Below, one piece after another: positions 11,701 to 21,285 of a stretch of 64,000 nt of DNA. The translations under genes and the position numbers were made by a program. The notes beneath the pieces are model-generated. The model was not told where the DNA came from. It worked only from the letters and a program-made list of their open reading frames with translations, and ran no database searches. Source of the DNA: Diplonema japonicum (lineage: Eukaryota; Protista; Euglenozoa: Diplonemea); the NCBI GenBank assembly GCA_964019335.1, contig OZ025717.1:186001-250000 (forward strand), read 5' to 3'. Position 1 is the first letter of the stretch. Every line of letters starts with the position of its first letter.

Positions 11701-12794
11701 AATTCCGAGCAATCTACATCGAACAACCCAGGACCGCTTTGGTAGTCAAACTTGGTACACAGATTGCTGGTGACACTGCTGGGCTTCGTGGCCGTTTGGC
11801 ATGCGCTCCCTGCATCCCACCAGTCGTACGAAAGGTGGTTGGCGTCACCGCACCAAACTGAGCTGTACCCGAACGGCGCAGGGTCCTCCCATTCCCAGGC
11901 GCGGGTACCCGCCATGGGTGCCTTCAGACCCGACCAGGCAGTGCTTGTGGGATCATGCCTGTTGGCGAATATATCGTCGAGAACATTTTGGATGGAGTAG
12001 GGATGTGCAGTGGCGCGCATAACAGAGCACTGAGAAGGGTCATACGCAGTAGGTGTACTTGTAGTGAAGTGACAGTTCCCATCATACAGCGCACCCACGG
12101 AGCAAGGGTAGGGCCCTGTCTGCATGGTGACCCCGTAGAGGGCCGTCCCTGATTGGATGGAAAGGCTGTTATCTTGCGCCCACGACGTAGAAGTTCTCTT
12201 GCACCCTATAGAGAAGGCAGTCGGGTTGAAGGAGTTGAGATTATAGTTGTAGTTCCCTTTGCGGACACCGTTGACCTCGACAATGATGTTCGAAGTGCTG
12301 GGGTTGATGACGAGGAGGAAGTGAGACCACCCACTGAGGTCAGTTACCTTCACGATATTGGGGATGTAGTTGGTTTTCAGGCGCAATTCGTTGTTGATGA
12401 TGACGAAGCTGACGTGTGTCTCCGTGTTCCCAGCAGTGCCGCTCCAGCAAGCGAGTGTTTGCTCAGTTGAATAAGAATACGATGGCTTCACCCACATGGA
12501 GAGAATGGTCTCGCTCTGCAAACGCACAGCCGCTGGCTGAGCCGTCGGGTACAAGCAAGAGGAAGCCCCGAAACCATTCCCATTCCCATTCCCATTCCCA
12601 TTGCTTTGTGCCACTTTGCCACCGCTCCACAAGTCAGTAGTAAACCTTATGTTATCTGCAGTCAAAACATAACCATTCCCGCTGGTGTCGGCCGTTGTGC
12701 CTGTAAACAGCCACTTGGCCACTATACTGCCTTCGATTTGCGCTGCCAGTAATAGCATGCAAGATATAATGGATACTACTTTCGATGAAGACAT
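8733..12794 (-). CDS. R2: lectin-mucin-7TM receptor-like paralog (longest protein of the array)
   Basis: The ORF track starts at a non-ATG codon (12986). The first ATG, which gives a signal peptide, is MSSSKVVSII at 12794 (1353 aa). Same domain order as R1. Confidence 0.9.
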   Translation of the reverse strand: MSSSKVVSIISCMLLLAAQIEGSIVAKWLFTGTTADTSGNGYVLTADNIRFTTDLWSGGKVAQSNGNGNGNGNGFGASSCLYPTAQPAAVRLQSETILSMWVKPSYSYSTEQTLACWSGTAGNTETHVSFVIINNELRLKTNYIPNIVKVTDLSGWSHFLLVINPSTSNIIVEVNGVRKGNYNYNLNSFNPTAFSIGCKRTSTSWAQDNSLSIQSGTALYGVTMQTGPYPCSVGALYDGNCHFTTSTPTAYDPSQCSVMRATAHPYSIQNVLDDIFANRHDPTSTAWSGLKAPMAGTRAWEWEDPAPFGYSSVWCGDANHLSYDWWDAGSACQTATKPSSVTSNLCTKFDYQSGPGLFDVDCSEFHVHLCTYDPIETAAPSTPFPDTLVPSTPFPDTDAPNTTAPATPFPDTDAPPTLAPDTGAPATPFPDTNAPDTTAPVTPFPDTASPATSVPPTNAPNTDAPATPFPDTLAPPTPFPDTNAPDTSSPATPFPDTSAPLTPFPATTAPATPFPDTVAPQTPFPDTDAPPTAAPATPFPNTDAPATPFPGTVSPPTPAPDTLPPSTLVPGTTAAPPTPFPDTAIPTNAPATPFPDTNAPLTAAPATPFPDTAAPQTPSPATTAPATPFPDTDAPATPFPGTVSPPTPAPDTLSPATLVPGTTAAPPTPFPDTAIPTDAPATPFPDTNAPFTAAPATVAPATPFPDTNSPPTTAPLTPFPDTSSPATTAPTTPFPDTVVPLTVAPPTPFPDTATPDTKVPDTSAPATPFPKTAVPATFPPVTSAPATPFPDTQAPTTTPPTQAPSTAVPGTFSPLTQQPVTAVPTTVPVTSPPTQAPKEEAVLTPPTPSPGKVIPASEKSLVAGGATGAAVAAGTGGGKLAIVSGMNCEVEDIDLGGGEPLDWEFHPLGIGIGDHAQKYFLGAVVSNLGIVVVFLILNYAIAWVQVAFLQVPLSTAIFYVRAPGLGYIPMMWLLTGTSMAASNLTFFPSRAPAWVSTIGAAVLALCVAFPIVMWFSLLRRGKFQATTVPDPKINEDAAEVVKGFGTADGADETGKMEAGTVYTGWKRTAYILVFGSEVWVRKDGASEYFVERYGLFFEQYRHNFHWFSLVEMVQILALSLSSAWKPRTHGMCMFRNVSITIVLFFYFLAIVTLRPYNSTLDMVTGTILSGLMFVAVLLMAIAIGVGGSAVMMKWAAHLLFFTALVMMFKGAYDLILYCLDVKIGRRWDAVRAARAGNVEKWKAQQPTITELCELSKASWSVDGDQTPGERGGTPDMDVHASTVVLSSRELKNTTTGEDMSRMDMQPLLSLLGRPCMDVEQPVATENKFRNLKRSLTSPVTTRQGRKYATLISM

Positions 12795-13016
12795 TTTGTC
12801 ATTTGTTTTCTTGATGAACAGAGGGGAGGAAGGAAGGAAGGAAGGAAGGGGGGGGATCACCTTATTTTTTTGTATTGGTTTCTGTCGTCCAGAGAAAAGA
12901 AAATGAAAAGAAGTCTGGGAAGATAGAAAATGAAGGGCGAAGCGAGATAGTTTTGTTTTGAAAAAGCACGTGGAAAGAAGAAACAAAAGAGTCGGCTGTT
13001 TTGTTTGCGCAAGCCG

Positions 13017-13050
<34 letters not shown>

Positions 13051-14678
13051 AAGAAGAAACCCTTTCAAAACGAAGCAAGATATTGTAGGAAAAAACAAAG
13101 GATAAATAAGAAAGGAAGAAGGGAAATAACATGGGGCGTTGGGAGACCTTTTTTTTTTTTTTTTCGCTTTTCTTTTTTTGCCACAAACATTACTCACATC
13201 TTGGTTATTTTCACAATGGCAATAGTCGCTGGTTTCCGTTTTCTAAAGAGAGAAAATAACATTTAAAAAAAAAAAAAAAAAGAAGGCAGGCAGTTAAAAA
13301 CCTGTTTCTTAAAAATACCATTTGTTTTCCGGGACCACTAGTCATCATGAGATATTAATTATTCGGAAAAGCGCAAGTGGCACAACCTGTCCAAACGTGC
13401 ATTGTCGCTAGCTTATCACCCTTTGGTCGTTTTTTTTTTTTTTTTTTTTTTTTTCTTTTTCTTTTCTCGATAATTTACGGATTTTTTTATTGGCTAGTTG
13501 TAAGAAAAAAAAAAAAAAAAGAAATTGCACAAAAAGGACAAGTATAGGTTAGGGGAGGGCAGGTGCTTATTCACCACGAGTTTTTCTTTTCTTTTTTTGA
13601 GGGATCCTTTGAAAAAGGTCTTCCAGAGCTAGCTTCGAACGAAAAATTAAAAAAAAAACTAGAAAAAACTTTCAGTGTGCATGGGGGGGGGGGGGGGGGG
13701 GGAGTGCTCACTGCGAGCTTTTAGTTTTACATTTTTCGTTATCGAAAGTATAGGAAAACTTTTCTTTGGTTTTTCTAAAAGTACCCAAAAAAAAAAAATT
13801 TTTTTTTCTAAATAAGAGTTCTTCTTTTTTTTAATTCTCTTGCTGCTGCAATAATGGACTGTAAATTGCATGAAGTCGCACAGGATAGCTGAGACGGGTT
13901 GAAGACGTACTCTTACCAAATAAAGTAACCTACACACACCGGTGCACAAAACTCGAAGATTAATAGAAAAAAGAAAAAAAAGCAGAAAAAAAAAAGATTG
14001 AGAGAACTAAAGCATCCGTTTCGCATCGCAAACCCGCAAGGAGCATAAAAAAGCCGGTTTTTTTCCCCCCCTCCAATGCGTCCACCATTTTGAATATGAG
14101 CTCTGCTGGCTCCGTGGTGACTCCTCTAAAAACGGTAAGAGGTGAAGAGTCTTGCAAAAAAAAAAAAAAAAAGAAGAAAGAAGTTCTCTGCACTGAGGTG
14201 TCTGAAAATACTTCAAACAGCGACAGGAAGTTTCAACAAAGTTAGATGGATGTGTTAAAATAGAATAATGGCACGACTCCGCCATTTTTTCCCCCCATTG
14301 CCGTCATTTTATAAGAACGCCCCACATGTCTCTAATTTGTCGAGCTGGTACCCACAGAAGGACTTTTACAAAAAAAACTCAGAAGTGTTGGTTCTTGCAT
14401 GATAAAGAACACTAGAATTCTAAAGACTAACTTTCTTCTCAGCCAACCTTTTTTTTGTCCTAAAATCCCCCATATTGCCCTCAATAAAAGCCCCTTTAGA
14501 GCGACCAGAAGAGTTTTAGAGACTAGGGATAAGGGTGAAATAAATATAAAAAAGTCATGCTGGGGTAAAAAAAGAAAATAAAACGAATATAATTCTTATT
14601 CTCGGGTGAGTATAATCGTAAATATAATAATAATAACAAATCCACGTGAGCAAGAAGAGTGAAATATAGTGTTTCGTA

Positions 14679-17600
14679 TTAGATATGTACCAAAGCAGCG
14701 TACTTCTGGTTCTCAGGTGAGTAAGTCAAGCTTCTCCTCAACTTCCTGAACTTGTTTGCGTGCATTGAAGGTGGTTGGGCTTGCGACTTGACGGAGTCCG
14801 TCATGCAGGGCCTGTTCAGAAGGCTCAGCAGGGGCTTCATGTCGATCTGTGAATCGTCTAGGTTCCCCGCCCTCAGGCCTCTCGACGACAGCACCATCGC
14901 CGTCCCTGCGTGCACGTCCGTGTCGGTCACAGCCCTGCCACCGTCTGCCTTCTTCGGGGTGTGCCCCTCCTCGTCCATGCTCCACGACGCCTCACTGGAA
15001 TTCAACAGCGACATCTCCATCCTGTCCTCTGAGGTGTTCTTCCCTTTCCACTTCTCCACATTCCCTGCCCTTGCTGCCCGAACAGCATCCCAGCGCCTTC
15101 CTATCTTCACGTCAAGGCAGTACAGGATCAGGTCGTACGCTCCTTTGAACATCATCACCAGTGCCGTGAAGAAGAGCAGGTGCGCCGCCCACTTCATCAT
15201 CACTGCACTCCCACCCACCCCGATCGCTATCGCCATCAGCAGGACAGCCACGAACATCAGCCCGCTCAGTATCGTCCCCGTCACCATGTCAAGTGTCGAG
15301 TTGTAAGGGCGGAGGGTCACAATCGCCAGGAAGTAGAAGAAGAGGACAATCGTGATCGAAACGTTCCTGAACATGCACATCCCATGGGTCCGAGGCTTCC
15401 AAGCAGAGGACAGGGACAGAGCGAGGATCTGCACCATCTCCACAAGGGAGAACCAGTGGAAGTTGTGCCTGTACTGCTCGAAGAAGAGCCCGTACCGCTC
15501 CACAAAGTACTCAGAGGCCCCGTCCTTCCGAACCCACACCTCTGACCCGAAGACGAGGATGTAGGCGGTGCGCTTCCACCCAGTGTACACGGTCCCCGCT
15601 TCCATCTTCCCCGTCTCATCAGCCCCGTCAGCAGTCCCGAATCCCTTCACAACCTCTGCTGCATCCTCGTTGATCTTCGGGTCGGGAACAGTTGTTGCCT
15701 GAAACTTCCCCCTCCTCAAAAGGGAGAACCACATCACGATGGGGAAGGCCACACAGAGGGCGAGGACAGCAGCCCCGATGGTCGACACCCAAGCGGGTGC
15801 CCGAGAGGGGAAGAAGGTGAGGTTCGAGGCCGCCATGCTGGTCCCTGTGAGAAGCCACATCATCGGGATGTAGCCCAGACCAGGTGCCCTGACGTAGAAG
15901 ATTGCCGTTGACAGAGGAACCTGCAAGAACGCCACCTGCACCCATGCTATCGCATAGTTCAGAATCAAGAAGACCACCACAATCCCGAGGTTGGAGACAA
16001 CAGCCCCCAAGAAGTACTTCTGCGCGTGGTCCCCGATCCCAATCCCAAGGGGGTGGAACTCCCAATCCAGAGGCTCCCCACCCCCAAGGTCGATGTCCTC
16101 AACCTCGCAGTTCATCCCGCTCACGATGGCAAGCTTCCCACCGCCAGTACCCGCAGCAACAGCGGCCCCCGTCGCACCACCCGCTACCAAACTCTTCTCA
16201 GATGCAGGAATCACCTTCCCAGGGGAAGGTGTTGGAGGGGTGAGAACAGCTTCCTCCTTCGGTGCCTGTGTCGGAGGAGAGGTGACCGGTACCGTTGTGG
16301 GGACAGCCGTCACAGGCTGTTGTGTCAGTGGTGAGAAGGTCCCTGGTACTGCTGTCGAAGGGGCCAGTGTTGATGGCGCTGACGTTGTTGGGGCAGAGGT
16401 GGGAACTGCCGTCGGTGGGAAGGTGTCAGGGGCCGCTGTTGGGTGGGAGGTGGGTGTTGTTGTGGGAACTGCTGTGCTTGGGGAGAAGGTGGGTGGTGCA
16501 GATGTAGTTGGTATTCCCGTTGGAAGCGAAGTAGGGGCTTGTGTTGGTGGTGCGACTGTGGAAGGTGCCTGGGTGTCAGGAAAGGGTGTTGCAGGGGCAG
16601 AGGTGGCAGGTGGGAAGGTGGCTGGCACTGCTGTCTTCGGAAAGGGAGTTGCAGGAGCTGAGGTGTCAGGTACCTTCGTATCGGGTGCTGCAGTAAGAGG
16701 TACCACTGTGTCGGGAAAAGGTGTTGTTGGTGCTGTTGTTGCAGGAGAACTCGTATCAGGGAAGGGGGTGAGAGGTGCCGTGGTTGGAGGTGAATTGGTG
16801 TCAGGGAAGGGTGTTGCAGGGGCTACTGTTGCTGGGAATGGAGTTGCCGGTGCCGCAGTAAAAGGTGCATTGGTGTCAGGGAAGGGTGTTGCAGGAGCTG
16901 CGGTCGCTGGAGCATTTGTTGGGATGGCGGTGTCAGGGAAGGGTGTTGGGGGTGCAGCAGTGGTCCCAGGTACAAGTGTTGAGGGTGGCAAGGTGTCGGG
17001 AGCTGGTGTGGGAGGTGATACTGTTCCAGGAAATGGGGTTGCCGGAGCATCAGTATTGGGTGCATTAGTGGGTGGAACACTTGTTGCTGGTGCCGCTGTG
17101 TCAGGGAATGGAGTAACTGGAGCGGTTGTGTCAGGTGCATTAGTATCAGGAAATGGTGTCGCGGGGGCACCTGTATCAGGAGCGAGGGTCGGAGGGGCGT
17201 CAGTGTCAGGGAATGGCGTAGCCGGAGCAGTGGTATTGGGTGCATCAGTGTCAGGGGCAATTGTATCAGGGGCTACTGTGGGTGAGGGGTCGTAGGTACA
17301 CAAGTGAAGGTGGTTCTCTGTGCAGGCCTCATCAAATAGGCCGGGACCACCGTCTTCGTAATCAAAAATGCTACACAAGTACGAGAATGTGTTGCTGGGC
17401 TTCGAAGCAGACTGGCAATCGCTCCCCGCCCCCGGCCAGTCTGCGACAAGATGCTTGCTGTCACCGCACCACACAGTGGTATAGTCAAAGGCCGACCCGT
17501 CCTCCCATTCCCAGCTACGGGGTGCATTAGGCGCCTTTAAGCCAGACCAAATGGCCTCATCGGTACTGCGCTGGTTGGCAAAGACATCATCAAGTGGGGA

Positions 17601-18383
17601 GTGAATGGAGAAGGGTTGGGCAGTGCCTTGTACAGACGAGCATTGAGAGGGATCGTAAACAGTGGGTATCGGTGTGAGGAAGTGGCATCTTCCCGCATAG
17701 AGAGCACCGGAAGGGTAGGGGCCTGTCAGCATGGTGACTTCGTAGAGGGCGGTCCCCGACTTCATGCTGTCTTCATTTGTGGAACTGCTCCCGAAAAATG
17801 ACGACTCCTTCCTGATGCAGCCCAGAGCGAAATTGGTTGGATTGAAATATTGTAGGCCGTAGTTGTAGCTCCCTTTGCGGACACCGTTGACCTCGACGAT
17901 GATGGTGGAAGTGGCGGGGTTTATGACGAAGAGAAGGTACACCCAGTCTTCACTGTCATCAGTGACTGTCTTGAGGTTGTTATCAGAACTAGTTCGCAGA
18001 CGAATCTCATCATTGTACACAGCAAGGCTGAGGTGCTGGTTGGTAAAAGAAGAGGATGCGGACCACGAGAAGAGGGTGCGCGGCTGATACGATGTTCCAT
18101 AAGAAGGATTCACCCACAGTGAGAGGATCGTCTCGCTTTGGAGGAGCAAGGCACTTGCTTGGGTATTCGGATACAAGCAAGATGATTGCTGGGAGCTACT
18201 CACAGCACCTTCCGCCCCACTCCAGGCGTCGACTTCAAATTTCATGTTTTCCGGTTTCAAGCCGTGCCCGTTCCCACTACTATCGCCCCATGTCCCGTCG
18301 GAAAGCCACTTTGCCACCACACTGCCTTCCACTCGTGCTGCCAAGAAGCATAGCAAGGTAGTTAATATTTTGTGGGCTGACAT
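14679..18383 (-). CDS. R3: lectin-mucin-7TM receptor-like paralog
   Basis: 1234-aa ORF with signal peptide MSAHKILTTLLCFLAARVEG. The TM domain is essentially identical to R2 and R4. Confidence 0.92.
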   Translation of the reverse strand: MSAHKILTTLLCFLAARVEGSVVAKWLSDGTWGDSSGNGHGLKPENMKFEVDAWSGAEGAVSSSQQSSCLYPNTQASALLLQSETILSLWVNPSYGTSYQPRTLFSWSASSSFTNQHLSLAVYNDEIRLRTSSDNNLKTVTDDSEDWVYLLFVINPATSTIIVEVNGVRKGSYNYGLQYFNPTNFALGCIRKESSFFGSSSTNEDSMKSGTALYEVTMLTGPYPSGALYAGRCHFLTPIPTVYDPSQCSSVQGTAQPFSIHSPLDDVFANQRSTDEAIWSGLKAPNAPRSWEWEDGSAFDYTTVWCGDSKHLVADWPGAGSDCQSASKPSNTFSYLCSIFDYEDGGPGLFDEACTENHLHLCTYDPSPTVAPDTIAPDTDAPNTTAPATPFPDTDAPPTLAPDTGAPATPFPDTNAPDTTAPVTPFPDTAAPATSVPPTNAPNTDAPATPFPGTVSPPTPAPDTLPPSTLVPGTTAAPPTPFPDTAIPTNAPATAAPATPFPDTNAPFTAAPATPFPATVAPATPFPDTNSPPTTAPLTPFPDTSSPATTAPTTPFPDTVVPLTAAPDTKVPDTSAPATPFPKTAVPATFPPATSAPATPFPDTQAPSTVAPPTQAPTSLPTGIPTTSAPPTFSPSTAVPTTTPTSHPTAAPDTFPPTAVPTSAPTTSAPSTLAPSTAVPGTFSPLTQQPVTAVPTTVPVTSPPTQAPKEEAVLTPPTPSPGKVIPASEKSLVAGGATGAAVAAGTGGGKLAIVSGMNCEVEDIDLGGGEPLDWEFHPLGIGIGDHAQKYFLGAVVSNLGIVVVFLILNYAIAWVQVAFLQVPLSTAIFYVRAPGLGYIPMMWLLTGTSMAASNLTFFPSRAPAWVSTIGAAVLALCVAFPIVMWFSLLRRGKFQATTVPDPKINEDAAEVVKGFGTADGADETGKMEAGTVYTGWKRTAYILVFGSEVWVRKDGASEYFVERYGLFFEQYRHNFHWFSLVEMVQILALSLSSAWKPRTHGMCMFRNVSITIVLFFYFLAIVTLRPYNSTLDMVTGTILSGLMFVAVLLMAIAIGVGGSAVMMKWAAHLLFFTALVMMFKGAYDLILYCLDVKIGRRWDAVRAARAGNVEKWKGKNTSEDRMEMSLLNSSEASWSMDEEGHTPKKADGGRAVTDTDVHAGTAMVLSSRGLRAGNLDDSQIDMKPLLSLLNRPCMTDSVKSQAQPPSMHANKFRKLRRSLTYSPENQKYAALVHI

Positions 18384-18759
18384 TTTAACATATATGTTGG
18401 GGGGGGGGGGGGTTGTTTGCGTGTTCTTCCCACCCTCCCCCTTTTTTATATGCTTCTTGCTAGAGTTTTTTTTTGGGGGGGGTGAAAGAATGAAAGAAAA
18501 GGGAAAGAAAGCACGGGGCGGACTGCTTTGATGGTTCTATTATTTCTTTTTTGTTTCGGAAGAGGGATGAGGGATCACACCGCAGGTGGCATGGTTGCGG
18601 TGGTGATTCCCACGAATCGAGGTAAAAACTATTCTTTTAAGGTGTGCGTTTTTGCGCTCACCGGCCGCGCTGTCCTTGGTAAACAATCCTGCAAAAAAAA
18701 AAAAAAAAAAAAAAAAATACAGTTAGAAAAAAAAAAAAAAAAAAAGAAGAAAAAAAAGA

Positions 18760-19239
18760 CATTTAAGGGTACCTGCGGTATGTGGCAGGACGCCTGAAGA
18801 GTCTCAATCTATCTCTTGATCGAACCTTTCTGCTGTGGTGTGGCCTTCGGCCCCTCGTTCGCCCTCCTCGGTACCTTAGGTATAAAACCCTCAACCGAGT
18901 TGGTAAGGACACAATAGTTGTACAGTTGTTTCTCAAGGATATGGCGGGTCGCCGGGGAGGCGAATACCGGTCTAGAGGAGTAGCCCCTTATGGAGCCGTT
19001 GTAGTAACCCAACGTGCGTAGGGAGTGGACAGAGTCTACCGAAGCAGCTGGAATGAGGGGCGCTATGCGCTTATTGGTGTGGATGCGTTCTAGTGCCGCT
19101 ATCACCCGGCCTATGACACGCGCGCTCTCCTGGATGTCCTCACCCTCTCCACAAGGCGAGAGTCCCTCTGTGGCAATGAAGTCCACGGCCAGCTCAAGCC
19201 TGGAGACCTGTCCACCTGTTGTGTCCCAGTGAAGGGCCG
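18760..19239 (-). mobile_element. Relic A of a probable non-LTR retroelement 3' end
   Basis: Open frame LHWDTTGGQVSRLELAVDFIATEG...ARVIGRVIAAL...VHSLRTLG...GYSSRPVFA, homologous to relic B. Bounded by A-runs on both sides. Confidence 0.45.
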
Positions 19240-19571
19240 AAAAAAAAAGAGAAAATAACAGGAAAAAAAAAAAAAAAAGAAATTCACACTTAATCGCATC
19301 GTGCTGGGGAACTGAACTACTACTGTTTTGAGGAGAGTAAGTTTGCTCCTAACATGGCACAGTTCCCTGCTGGAAGAGGATTGCATTATTATCATCCCCC
19401 ACTGTTCCTTCCGGGGATGTGACGTGTATGTCAGCGTTCTATCTACTTGACCTCAAGTCTCCAAAAATGCCCCAACTAGGGGGACACTTTAGGTCACCCC
19501 CATCCATCCCAAATGATGGATGAAGCCGGAGGTGACAGAAAAACTACCACAGGGGCGTTCATAGCGACGTT

Positions 19572-19603
<32 letters not shown>

Positions 19604-21285
19604 ACCTAGACAAGCAGAATTGTCGTGAGACAGGTTGGTTTTACCCTACTGATGGAGAGAGAGCCCATCGGGCCAGCGTATCTCAACAGCAATATGGGGG
19701 AGGCCTTGGATATATCTCAAACAAAGGGGGTTGATTTTTTGAGCATACTCCTTGGGGTCAAGCTAGCAGTTTTCTCTCTTTTTTTTTTTTTTTTTGCGCT
19801 GGGAAAATATTGCACACTCGAGATTATCACCCCCTATTCATATTAAACAAACAAAAGAAAAAAAGAAAAATTCTTCTGTCACAGCCATTTCCTCATTCAC
19901 GTCAAGCAGCTACATAGCAAAGAGGAGGGGTATAGGCTGTGAACAGGTAGATCTCAGATCGGACATGTCGTGGCTCCTCTAGGTGCTGCCTGAGGCGAAG
20001 CGCCCTTCAAGGGCCTCTGGCGTCCGGGGTTAGAGAGCTCTGTTGGCCACGGCCACAGGAAAAAAAAGAAGAAAAAAAAAACCACTATGATAAGAAACGA
20101 AGTGGTTAGCAACGGCCCACCAAAAAAAAAAAAAGAAGAAGAAAAAAAAAGAGATGAGACAAAATAAGGAGATTTCTTTTTTTTTTTTTTTTTTTTTTTT
20201 TTGAAATGTTTCCCCTCTTTGTCTTTACTAATCTACTAGAAAAAAAAAATCGTCTTTTTTTGTCCCCCCCTTCCCGCGAGACTTTCCTGAAATGACTCGC
20301 TTATTACGCACGTAGACCCGGCCAAAGGTCTTGCTGCCAGATAAAACCACTTTGTGATTTTCTTTTTTAAATTACTCGAGGCTGTGGAACAAATAGCTAT
20401 TTTCTCTTTTTTTTTTCCGGGGGGAGGGTTTAGCTTTTATGGCAACGATGAGTAGCGTCATAATACTGAAAAAACCCCTAGTGAGAAGAATGACAAAAGG
20501 CGAACGTTATATTTTTTTTTGACTTCTTGTATCTTTCTGTTGCACGATCAGAAAACTTTTTAAAAGCACATAGTAATAAAGTCCTTCTTTTTTTTTTAAA
20601 AAGATGAAAGGGTTAAAATTATACGTTTTGAACAGTCCACCGGAATAACTTAAATGACAGTTTTTTTTTCCTTCTTTCCCCCCCCCCCCCCCTCCAACAT
20701 AAATTATAATTTATTGGTCATTTTGGTTGGCCCGGTATAAGTATAGGGATAAAACTGCATGCCACTTTTTTTTTTTTTTTTTTTTTTTTTTGCTCTCTTA
20801 CAAAAAAACTGAGAGCATTGTAAAATACATAAACAACAAAAATAAAATAAAAAAACGAAAACAATAAACTTAAAGGCACACGAAGTCATACATGCCTGAA
20901 AACCATAGTAACATATAGGGAAAGCTGGTTGCAAATTTAAACAGCATCAGCTTGCTGGGGAGGGAGGGGGGGGGAGAGGGTTTCATTCTTTCTTTTAAAT
21001 CCATGCTTTCTTTTAAGAGGCAGGAAGGGGGTGTGGGGTATGAAGAATTATATCATATCAACTCTACCCCCCACACCATTATCTCTTTCTTTCTTCCTTC
21101 ATCTGTTTCGTTGGGTTGTATTCCATTCTGGCTTTTACACTTTTTTTCTTTTTTTTTCATCCTGCATTCCAAAAATAGTTGACATGCTTTATCTTGTTCT
21201 CAGGTGTGATTGAATTCACGTAGGTAGCGGGTAGTAGAAATGTGTTTCGTATTAGATATGTACCAAAGCAGCGTACTTCTGGTTC

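Noticed and set aside
12795-12986. N-terminal ORF-track extensions of R2 (also R5 and R9)
   Set aside because: Non-ATG starts in low-complexity leader sequence; downstream ATGs give proper signal peptides matching the paralogs.
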